36,471 nt of DNA, taken from an uncultured Clostridia bacterium. GTDB lineage: Bacteria; Bacillota; Clostridia; Christensenellales; UBA1242. A model generated the notes under the pieces. That model did no database searches, was not told the DNA's origin, and was given only the letters and a program-made list of their open reading frames with translations. The DNA lies in assembly GCA_944384385.1 (NCBI GenBank), contig CALWTG010000002.1, forward strand, positions 1 to 36,471, in the 5' to 3' direction. A program made the position numbers and the translations under genes. Numbering within the stretch: the first letter of the stretch is position 1; every line of letters starts with the position of its first letter. Below are positions 28,312 through 35,478 of the stretch, one piece after another.

Positions 28312-29036
28312 TGCTAGACCAAGCAACGACACTTAATCTCATCGAAAAAGCCAAAAAAGGCGATGAAGGTGCCAAGACAAAACTGTTTGAAGAGAACTCT
28401 CCACTTATTAAAAGTATTATAAAAAGATTTTTGCACAAAGGCATTGAATATGATGACTTATACCAAATTGGAACAATAGGTCTTTTAAAAGCCATAAATA
28501 ACTTTGACGAAAAATTTAATGTTAAATTTTCAACATATGTTGTACCTATGGTAATTGGTGAAATAAAGCGCTTTATGCGCGATGACGGAGCCATTAAAGT
28601 ATCTAGAACAATTAAAACATTGAATTTAAAAATAAGGAAATATATTGAAGAATTTAACAGAGAAAATTATAGGAAACCCACTCCACAAGAGATAGCAAAA
28701 AAATTTGACATTGATGAGTCAGAAGTTATCTTTACCATGGACTCAGCCGCAATGCCAATATCAATTTATACACCATTTGAAGATGATTCAAAAAGTTTGC
28801 TTTTGATTGATAGATTAAACCCAGACAATTCTCACGAAAAAATGCTTGATAATATCATGCTTAAAGAAGTATTAAAATCTTTGGATAAAAGGGATAAGAA
28901 AATAATACTCTTAAGATTTTTTAGAGATAAAACACAAAGCGAAATTGCAAAAGTGCTCGGCGTTTCGCAAGTGCAGGTGAGCAGGCTTGAAAATAAAGTG
29001 CTAGAAAAAATTAAAGATAAGTTAAGTGTCATTTAA
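28311..29036 (+). CDS. sigF: RNA polymerase sporulation sigma factor SigF
   Basis: 241 aa sigma-70 family protein with region 2 (DDLYQIGTIGLLKAINNFD, FSTYVVPMVIGEIKRFMRD) and the region 4 HTH (TQSEIAKVLGVSQVQVSRLE). The GTG start overlaps the spoIIAB stop. Confidence 0.9.
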   Translation: MLDQATTLNLIEKAKKGDEGAKTKLFEENSPLIKSIIKRFLHKGIEYDDLYQIGTIGLLKAINNFDEKFNVKFSTYVVPMVIGEIKRFMRDDGAIKVSRTIKTLNLKIRKYIEEFNRENYRKPTPQEIAKKFDIDESEVIFTMDSAAMPISIYTPFEDDSKSLLLIDRLNPDNSHEKMLDNIMLKEVLKSLDKRDKKIILLRFFRDKTQSEIAKVLGVSQVQVSRLENKVLEKIKDKLSVI

Positions 29037-29045
29037 AGGACTGTT

Positions 29046-29516
29046 ATGAAACAATTTTTTAAAGATAATTACAAAATCATAATAATATGCCTAGCTATAT
29101 TAGTTGTAGCAGGAGTTGGTAGTATATTTGTCAATCTTGGAATGGATTGGTATGCAGGACTAGCTAAGCCAAGAGAGTGGATACCAAACTTTGTCATACC
29201 ACTCGTTTGGAGCGTGATTTATGTACTATTTGCAATCATATTGTCGATTTTGTCAAAGCAAAACTTACTCACTAAAAAGACAATATATCTGTGTGTGTTT
29301 AACGGAATATTTAATGTATTGTGGTGTCTCGTTTTCTTCACATTAAATCAACTTTTCATCGGAAACATAATTATAATTATAAACGCTTTTATCGGAGTCC
29401 TTCTTTTAGTTTCATTAAACAAAATCGACAAAAATTATATAGCTCTGTTATGGCTATATGTCATATGGCTTTTGGTCGCGACATCACTAAACATAGCTCT
29501 TTGGATATTAAATTAA
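29046..29516 (+). CDS. tspO: TspO/MBR family (tryptophan-rich sensory protein) membrane protein
   Basis: 156 aa with 5 TM segments. It has WYAGLAKPREWIPNFVIPLVWSVIY, NGIFNVLWCLVFF, and the C-terminal LLWLYVIWLLVATSLNIALWILN, which parallel the Bacillus cereus TspO layout. It lies 9 nt after the sigF stop. Confidence 0.8.
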   Translation: MKQFFKDNYKIIIICLAILVVAGVGSIFVNLGMDWYAGLAKPREWIPNFVIPLVWSVIYVLFAIILSILSKQNLLTKKTIYLCVFNGIFNVLWCLVFFTLNQLFIGNIIIIINAFIGVLLLVSLNKIDKNYIALLWLYVIWLLVATSLNIALWILN

Positions 29517-30610
29517 CTTTCCTTATTTCTCAATTTTCTTATTCTTGGGGCTTTGAAATCATAATCATCTTCTTGATTCTCATTAATTTCTCTCTCATCA
29601 TCATTGATATCTTCAACGGACTTGTAGGTATCAATGTTTTTGTATGTACCAAATGTGTCAATGTTAGGTAAGTATGGGTTATATCTGCCATATGGCGAAT
29701 AAGGGTAACCACCATAGCCACCAAATCTCCTTCCGCCCATAAAGCCACCATATCCACCATAGCCACCATAGCCATAGTATGGATTTGTCATACCATATCC
29801 AGCACCAGCATAGCCGTAGCCATAACCGTTATAGTTATTTGGTATATTTGTGTTTGGTGCCTTGTTTGTATTTTTGTTGTTTTTTGTCGCATTTTCGTAA
29901 GTATCTATATTAGAAAAAGAATTTGATACACTTTGTGCTTTATCTGCTGGCCTATATAAGTCATAAAGTTTATCAAAAATGTCATTTAATGAATTGTTAA
30001 TATTGTTAAGATAAGTGTTCTTTGTTTCCAAAGCGGAGCAAAGTCTTGTATATTTTGTTGTGAGTATGTCAACATTTTTTGTGTAATTTCGCTTTAAAGC
30101 CAAAGTTGAATTGACTTCATTTGTCACATCGTCACGGGTTATCATCAGCCTGTTGACACTAGTTAACACACTTGCACACATATCGTCAATGCTTTGTCTA
30201 ACTTCATCTTTGGGCTCTTTTTTATTTGTGTTTAACATCTTTGTAATAACTTTTATATCATCTATATTTTGAGAAATTTCTGTAATTATTTCTAAGCTTT
30301 CATCGTTTAAATCAATCGCGTTATGTGCTTCATTGCTGAGCTTCAATATACTATTGATAAAGCTATCCATAGTGTATGAACCACTGGTGAAAGTTGCTCC
30401 GTCATATCCCGTGCCTTGTGTATCATCTTCATCCATTATACTATCAATTAAAAGGGTGTCACCAGAAATTGTGTCCATATTTTCAATCAAATTTTGAACC
30501 TTGTCAAGAGTAACTTCAACTTTGCTTAAAGTTTTCATAGAATTGTTTTGACAAGCGGAAAATGTGAAGACACATAATATTGCTAATAAACAAATCAATA
30601 TTTTTTTCAT
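29513..30610 (-). CDS. Hypothetical lipoprotein with Gly/Tyr-rich low-complexity C-terminal region
   Basis: I prefer the ATG at 30610 (GGAGA 5 nt upstream), which gives MKKILICLLAILCVFTFSAC: a signal peptide plus lipobox Cys. The ORF-track start at 30685 would overlap the spoVAC leader. The C-terminal GY block is encoded at roughly 29680-29845. Confidence 0.6.
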   Translation of the reverse strand: MKKILICLLAILCVFTFSACQNNSMKTLSKVEVTLDKVQNLIENMDTISGDTLLIDSIMDEDDTQGTGYDGATFTSGSYTMDSFINSILKLSNEAHNAIDLNDESLEIITEISQNIDDIKVITKMLNTNKKEPKDEVRQSIDDMCASVLTSVNRLMITRDDVTNEVNSTLALKRNYTKNVDILTTKYTRLCSALETKNTYLNNINNSLNDIFDKLYDLYRPADKAQSVSNSFSNIDTYENATKNNKNTNKAPNTNIPNNYNGYGYGYAGAGYGMTNPYYGYGGYGGYGGFMGGRRFGGYGGYPYSPYGRYNPYLPNIDTFGTYKNIDTYKSVEDINDDEREINENQEDDYDFKAPRIRKLRNKES

Positions 30611-30705
30611 AATTTCTCCATAGATAGTTTTTGTAATAAAGACAAAAATATGTATACCTTTGTTTAACAAATAAAAATATGTCAATAACTGATTTGGAGG
30701 ATTTT

Positions 30706-31152
30706 ATGCAAGAACAAGAACGCAATATAAGATACAACGCATATGTTGAAGCCAAAATTGCAAAAACACATGCTTGGCCAAGCCTTTTTAATTCATTTTG
30801 GGTTGGAGGACTGATATGCACACTTGGCCAGCTTTGTAATGACTTGATTTTGCTTTGGTTTCCAAGCGTTTCAACTCAAAGTGCTTGGGCTTATACTTTA
30901 ATTATACTTATATTTTTAGCGTCATTTTTGACAGGACTAGGCGTCTTTGACAAAATCGGCGCATTCGCAGGGGCAGGAACTATTGTGCCAATAACAGGAT
31001 TTTCTAACTCAATAACAAGCCCAGCACTTGAGTTTAAAAATGAAGGAATAATATTTGGTATGTGCGCAAAAATGTTCATTATTGCAGGGCCTGTAATTGT
31101 GTCGGGTACTGTTAGTAGTATGATTGTAGGCTTAATATATCTTTTTGTGTAA
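30706..31152 (+). CDS. spoVAC: Stage V sporulation protein AC
   Basis: Small 4-TM protein with SFWVGGLICTLGQ and PITGFSNS motifs typical of SpoVAC. I prefer the ATG at 30706 (GGAGG 5 nt upstream). First gene of the spoVAC-AD-AE triad. Confidence 0.9.
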   Translation: MQEQERNIRYNAYVEAKIAKTHAWPSLFNSFWVGGLICTLGQLCNDLILLWFPSVSTQSAWAYTLIILIFLASFLTGLGVFDKIGAFAGAGTIVPITGFSNSITSPALEFKNEGIIFGMCAKMFIIAGPVIVSGTVSSMIVGLIYLFV

Positions 31153-31159
31153 GGTGATT

Positions 31160-32176
31160 ATGGAAAGAAAAAGAGAAAATCAAACAGTTTTTTTTGACAA
31201 TAAGCCAAAAATAATAGGGCATTATAGCATTGTTGGACCAAAAGAGGGAAAAGGTAATTTAAGAAAGTATTTTAGTGAGATAGAAGAAAAAGACGACTTT
31301 TTTGGACAAAAAACATACGAAAAAGCAGAAAGAGTTATGATTGAGCGTGCGCTTGATGGAGCAATAAAAAGTGCAAACGCAAAATATAGCGATGTACATT
31401 TGTTTATGGCGGGAGACCTTTTAAATCAAATAATTAGTTCAAGCTATGCAGCACGCTCTTTTGACATTCCGTATGTTGGAGTTTTTGGCGCTTGTTCAAC
31501 CATGGTAGAAGGGCTAGCTCTATCTGCTTGCCTTGTAGATGGCGGACATTTTGACACGATTGCTTGTGCGACATCAAGCCATTTTTCAACGGCAGAAAGA
31601 CAATTTAGATTTCCATTGGAACTAGGAAACCAGCGTCCACCAACATCGCAGTGGACTGTTACAGGCTCGGGCGCTGACATTATTTCAATAAAAGGCAATG
31701 GTCCAATCATCACCTGTGCAACATTTGGAAAAGTAACAGACTATGGCATAAGTGATGTGAATAATATGGGCGCGGCAATGGCACCTGCTGCAATGAATAC
31801 ACTCATTGCACATTTTAAAGACACAAACACAAGCCCAAAAGATTATGACCTTATACTTTCGGGAGACCTTGGCAAACTTGGAAGTGAAATACTCATTGAC
31901 CTAATGGAAGAACAGGGATACAAACTTGGCTTAAACTACAAAGACTGCGGTCAAATAATATACAAACGCAATCAAGATGTCTTGATGGGCGGAAGTGGTT
32001 GCGGTTGCAGTGCAACAGTTTTTAATTCAATAATAATGAAAAAGCTAATGTCGGGAGAATTGAAAAAAGTGTTGTTTATGGCTACTGGTGCATTATTGAG
32101 CACGACGAGTTCTCAGCAGGGCGATACAGTACCAGGAATAGCACACGCAGTTGTAATTGAAGGAGTCAAAAAATGA
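31160..32176 (+). CDS. spoVAD: Stage V sporulation protein AD
   Basis: About 338 aa, thiolase-like SpoVAD: VGPKEGKGNL, GACSTMVEGL, MGGSGCGCSA. I prefer the ATG at 31160; the ORF track begins at TTG 31145, overlapping spoVAC. Confidence 0.9.
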   Translation: MERKRENQTVFFDNKPKIIGHYSIVGPKEGKGNLRKYFSEIEEKDDFFGQKTYEKAERVMIERALDGAIKSANAKYSDVHLFMAGDLLNQIISSSYAARSFDIPYVGVFGACSTMVEGLALSACLVDGGHFDTIACATSSHFSTAERQFRFPLELGNQRPPTSQWTVTGSGADIISIKGNGPIITCATFGKVTDYGISDVNNMGAAMAPAAMNTLIAHFKDTNTSPKDYDLILSGDLGKLGSEILIDLMEEQGYKLGLNYKDCGQIIYKRNQDVLMGGSGCGCSATVFNSIIMKKLMSGELKKVLFMATGALLSTTSSQQGDTVPGIAHAVVIEGVKK

Positions 32177-32544
32177 ATGAATGGTATGTGTATTTGATTG
32201 TTTTTGCAACAGGTGGGCTGGTCTGTTTTTTGGGGCAAGTTTTGATAATCAAGACAAAAATGACTTCTGCAAGAATACTTGTAACTTTCGTTGTTTTGGG
32301 AGTTGTGCTTGAAGCAGTTGGAATATTTCAGCCAATAAGCGACTTTTGTAAAGCCGGAATAAATGTTCCAATTATTGGCTTTGGAGCGTCGCTTGCAAGG
32401 GGTGCAATAAGTGCAGTTAAATCAACTGGAATTTTGGGTATATTTACAGGTGGTTTGACGGCGACAGCAGGGGGTATTGCTGCTGCAATTTTCTTTGCCT
32501 TCGTTTTTGGTATTATATTCAAGGCAAGAACAAAGAAATTGTAG
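32173..32544 (+). CDS. spoVAE: Stage V sporulation protein AE (SpoVAEB-type)
   Basis: 123 aa, 4 TM, with GGLVCFLGQ and IIGFGASLARG. It is paralogous to SpoVAC and overlaps the spoVAD stop by 4 nt. Confidence 0.85.
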   Translation: MNEWYVYLIVFATGGLVCFLGQVLIIKTKMTSARILVTFVVLGVVLEAVGIFQPISDFCKAGINVPIIGFGASLARGAISAVKSTGILGIFTGGLTATAGGIAAAIFFAFVFGIIFKARTKKL

Positions 32545-32600
32545 AAATATTATATTTTACTGCATATAAATAAATATGCTTCACACAAACAATTTTAAAA

Positions 32601-32642
32601 AAAGACATATGCCAATAAGATTTAAAATTGGCATATGTCTTT
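32601..32642 (+). repeat. Perfect 16-bp inverted repeat (10-nt spacer) covering the yunB start codon
   Basis: AAAGACATATGCCAAT (32601-32616) and ATTGGCATATGTCTTT (32627-32642) are exact reverse complements. A T-rich tract follows: GTGTGTTATTTATTATTATTTT. Confidence 0.9.
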
Positions 32643-33253
32643 GTGTGTTATTTATTATTATTTTGTGTATATTTTTGTATCTAAATTATGTAGTCAATCC
32701 CGTAATTGTTGAGCTTTCAACTGCACAAACGCGTTCATTATCTCAAAAGGCAGTTGAAGAAGCCGTTTATCAAACAATAAATTCAGGAATTATATATGAC
32801 GATTTAATAACCATAACTCATGATGAAAATGGCGATGTTATGTACATAAGTACAAATTCACTACAAATAAATTTACTGGCACGCGAGCTTGTTAAAAATG
32901 CTCAAATAGAATTGGAGTCAATGGGAAATAATGGCATAGACATTCCCATAGGTACTTTCACAGGTATGCCAATTTTTGTTGGAAGAGGCCCAGAGATAAA
33001 TATAAAACTACTTCCAATTGGAAGTATACATTGCAAATTCAGCTCTGAATTTATTGAAGCAGGAATAAACCAAACAAACCATAAAATATATTTGACTGTA
33101 ACCACTAATGTGGCAGTGATATTGCCAACCGCAAATCAAACAGTACAAACCACAACACAAATAATGATAGCTGAGAGCATAATTGTCGGCAAAATACCAG
33201 ATACCTACTTAAACTCCTCATCAATAGACGATATGCTAAACTTAGTTCCTTAA
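32609..33253 (+). CDS. yunB: Sporulation protein YunB
   Basis: A basic N-terminus plus single TM (MPIRFKIGICLCVLFIIILC) is followed by the YunB family core: GPEINIKLLPIGS...SEFIEAGINQTNHKIYLTV...ESIIVGKIPDTYLN. The start is ATG 32609 or the upstream in-frame ATG 32576; neither has a strong SD. Confidence 0.8.
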   Translation: MPIRFKIGICLCVLFIIILCIFLYLNYVVNPVIVELSTAQTRSLSQKAVEEAVYQTINSGIIYDDLITITHDENGDVMYISTNSLQINLLARELVKNAQIELESMGNNGIDIPIGTFTGMPIFVGRGPEINIKLLPIGSIHCKFSSEFIEAGINQTNHKIYLTVTTNVAVILPTANQTVQTTTQIMIAESIIVGKIPDTYLNSSSIDDMLNLVP

Positions 33254-34150
33254 AAGTGCTTCAAAATCTTGTGGATATGGAATAGATAAGTTAACGACTT
33301 GCCCAGAAGCGTTTTTGAAACTCATCTCTTTACATACAAGGGCAGTATGAGAAATAAGTTGCGACTTTGTCCCATAGATGCTATCGCCTAGAAGTGGGTG
33401 ACCTATTGAAGATAGATGCACTCTAATTTGGTGAGTTCTGCCATGATTTAAAGTTATTTTTACCAAACAATAACCATCAAAATTTTCAATAACATGTACA
33501 TTAGTTTTGGCAGGTTTTCCAGTTGTTGAAGATGTAACTCGTTTATTTACATTATAGCCGTCTTGGTTTATGAGTGTGTCAATGTTTTTATCAATTACAA
33601 TATCACTTTCGATGTTGCCTTCGCAAAGAGCATAGTAAACTTTTTGAACGGCATCGGGTTTATTGAGTGCGTTAGAAGCTAAGCTATTTTTTGCAACAAG
33701 TACAATACCTGATGCTTCTTTATCTAGTCTATTTATGATTCTAACAACAAAGTCAGGTACATTTTCATACCTTGCAACAAGAGCACCAGATAGGTTATAA
33801 GAAAAATGTGACCTTGATGGCATTGTCGCCAACATACTTGGTTTGTTAACTGCGACCACGTCATCATCTTCGTACACAATATCTAGTGGTATTATGCAAG
33901 GGCATATCATTGTTTTTGTGTTTGGATTGATATTGACTGATATAATATCTCCATCTTTTATTATGGCATCACTGTTAGATGGAACACCATTTAACTTAAT
34001 AAAACCGAATTGTTTTCTCAAATTTTTTAAGTAATTTTCGCTATATCCATTTTTTCTAAGATAAGAATAAATCTTTTGTTTTGTGTTTGCATTTTCAACC
34101 ACAATGTCTTTGTATTTTATATCCATGACTATTATCATACATCTTTGCAC
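33242..34150 (-). CDS. RluA-family (RluD-like) 23S rRNA pseudouridine synthase
   Basis: An N-terminal S4-like domain is followed by the catalytic motif NRLDKEASGIVLVAK and GRTHQIRVHL. The start is ambiguous: GTG 34150, ATG 34138 or ATG 34126. The 3' end overlaps yunB by 12 nt. Confidence 0.85.
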   Translation of the reverse strand: MQRCMIIVMDIKYKDIVVENANTKQKIYSYLRKNGYSENYLKNLRKQFGFIKLNGVPSNSDAIIKDGDIISVNINPNTKTMICPCIIPLDIVYEDDDVVAVNKPSMLATMPSRSHFSYNLSGALVARYENVPDFVVRIINRLDKEASGIVLVAKNSLASNALNKPDAVQKVYYALCEGNIESDIVIDKNIDTLINQDGYNVNKRVTSSTTGKPAKTNVHVIENFDGYCLVKITLNHGRTHQIRVHLSSIGHPLLGDSIYGTKSQLISHTALVCKEMSFKNASGQVVNLSIPYPQDFEALLRN

Positions 34151-34166
34151 AAAAATTGCAAAACAA

Positions 34167-34195
34167 TTGACAAAATTTTTTTGATATGATATCTT
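34167..34195 (+). promoter_or_regulatory. Promoter candidate for the pheST T-box leader
   Basis: TTGACA (34167-34172), 17-nt spacer, TATCTT (34190-34195), with an extended -10 TG at 34187-34188. Confidence 0.5.
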
Positions 34196-34199
34196 CGTT

Positions 34200-34440
34200 T
34201 TGTTAAAAGGCTATGATGAAAGACTAGTAGCATCATAAACGACAAACAGAGATGAAAATTCGTGGCTGAGAGATTTTCTTTGTTAGTGTGTTGTGAATTC
34301 ACTTTCTAGCTATCAACTGAAAATTATAGTAGGATTGATCGGGAGATCCCGTTATAGATCAATTGAGTGTGCTTTGCATAACTTAGGTGGTACCGTGGCG
34401 TTTTTGTCACCCTAAGATTAGCAAGGCTTTTTGTTTTTTA
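34200..34440 (+). promoter_or_regulatory. T-box riboswitch leader, Phe specifier (UUC), transcription-attenuation type
   Basis: Stem I has the AGAGA bulge (34247-34251), the distal stem GAAAAT/ATTTTC with loop TCGTGGCTGAGAG, AGTA on the 5' side, and GAA-UUC-A in the specifier loop (UUC at 34298-34300). The T-box sequence AACTTAGGTGGTACCGTGGCG is at 34380-34400. The terminator pairs GCTTTGC..CTTAGGTG with CACCCTAAG..GCAAGGC (34371-34427) and is followed by TTTTTGTTTTTT. Confidence 0.85.
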
Positions 34441-34450
34441 AGGAGAGAAT

Positions 34451-35470
34451 ATGTTAGAACAAATCAATGCACTGCTTGAAGAAGCAAAATCAAAAATCAA
34501 CACTTGTCAAGATTTAAAAACGCTCAATGACATAAGGGTTGAATTTTTGGGAAAGCAGGGTAAAGTTACAAACTTGCTTCACACAATGAAAGATATTGAC
34601 AAAGAAGAAAGACCAAAGTTTGGTCAGTTAGTAAACTCGGCAAGAAACGAAATTGAAGAACTGCTCAAAAATCTTCAAATATCTTTAAATGAAAGAGCGA
34701 TTGAGCAAAAAATGGCGAGCGAGAAAGTCGATATTTCAGAGCCATCAAAAATTGTTGAAAAAGGCGAAATTCATCCTCTTCACAAAGTGTTTGATAAACT
34801 TATTGACGCTTGCGTTGCAATGGGCTTTACTGTGCTCACTGGACCAGAAGTTGAATACGACTATTACAACTTTGAGGCATTAAATGTTCCAAAAGACCAC
34901 CCAGCTCGTGATATGCAAGACACTTTCTTTATAACAGACAATATTCTTATGCGTTCACAAACTTCGTCAGTTCAGGTTAGAGCAATGGAAACTATGAAAC
35001 CACCTTTCAAAATTGTCAGCCCTGGAAGGACATATCGCGCTGACAGCGACGCAACGCACAGCCCTGTATTCCATCAATTTGAAGGGCTTGTAGTTGACGA
35101 AAATGTTTCACTTGTAGATTTAAAGTCAATGCTAACTCAGCTTCTTAAAATGTTATTTGGCGAAAACACTAAGATAAGATTTAGACCTTCATACTTTCCA
35201 TTCACAGAACCAAGCGTTGAAGTTGATGCGACTTGTCCATCATGTGGTGGAAAAGGTTGTAGACTTTGCAAAAACACCGGGTATATGGAGCTTTTAGGTG
35301 CCGGAATGGTAAATCCAAAAGTGCTAGAAATGAGCGGTATTGACAGCAACAAATACTCAGGTTTTGCCTTTGGCCCTGGTGTTGACAGGCTTGCAATGGT
35401 TGTGAATAAGATTCCTGATCTTAGAATGATGTTTGAAAATGATATGAAGTTCTTGGAACAGTTAAAGTAG
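34451..35470 (+). CDS. pheS: Phenylalanine--tRNA ligase alpha subunit
   Basis: 339 aa with class II motifs: HPARDMQDTFF, GRTYRAD..DATHSPVFHQFEG, and GFAFGPGVDRLAM. AGGAGA SD upstream. Confidence 0.97.
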   Translation: MLEQINALLEEAKSKINTCQDLKTLNDIRVEFLGKQGKVTNLLHTMKDIDKEERPKFGQLVNSARNEIEELLKNLQISLNERAIEQKMASEKVDISEPSKIVEKGEIHPLHKVFDKLIDACVAMGFTVLTGPEVEYDYYNFEALNVPKDHPARDMQDTFFITDNILMRSQTSSVQVRAMETMKPPFKIVSPGRTYRADSDATHSPVFHQFEGLVVDENVSLVDLKSMLTQLLKMLFGENTKIRFRPSYFPFTEPSVEVDATCPSCGGKGCRLCKNTGYMELLGAGMVNPKVLEMSGIDSNKYSGFAFGPGVDRLAMVVNKIPDLRMMFENDMKFLEQLK

Positions 35471-35478
35471 GAGAAAAA

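Noticed and set aside
29451-29475. AT-rich hairpin GCTATAT-GTC-ATATGGC followed by TTTT inside the tspO coding sequence.
   Set aside because: The stem is weak (A/T pairs and one G.U) and sits 40 nt before the tspO stop. It would truncate the mRNA of the gene it lies in, so it is probably fortuitous.
29321-29775. ORFs 29321-29671 (+) and 29539-29775 (-), the latter reading MAMVAMVDMVALW...
   Set aside because: These are alternative-frame shadows of the tspO 3' end and of the GY-repeat DNA. They have repetitive composition and no SD, and they are fully contained in better-supported genes.
30611-30705. Forespore (sigma-F/G) or mother-cell promoter motifs in the divergent region between the lipoprotein gene and spoVAC, for example GTATA at 30652-30656.
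   Set aside because: No -10 element with correct spacing (CATAnTA or GGnnAnAnT type) could be matched on either strand. I left it unannotated rather than guess.
32547-32570. Sigma-E-like elements ATATT ... CATATAAA upstream of yunB.
   Set aside because: The spacer is only 11 nt against the expected ~14 nt, and the -10 deviates from CATACAnT. This is too weak to call.
34259-34261. A UUC triplet in GAAAATTCGTGG that could be taken for the T-box specifier codon.
   Set aside because: It lies in the distal loop of Stem I, closed by GAAAAT/ATTTTC. The real specifier is the UUC at 34298-34300 in the GAA-UUC-A context on the 3' side of Stem I, opposite AGTA.
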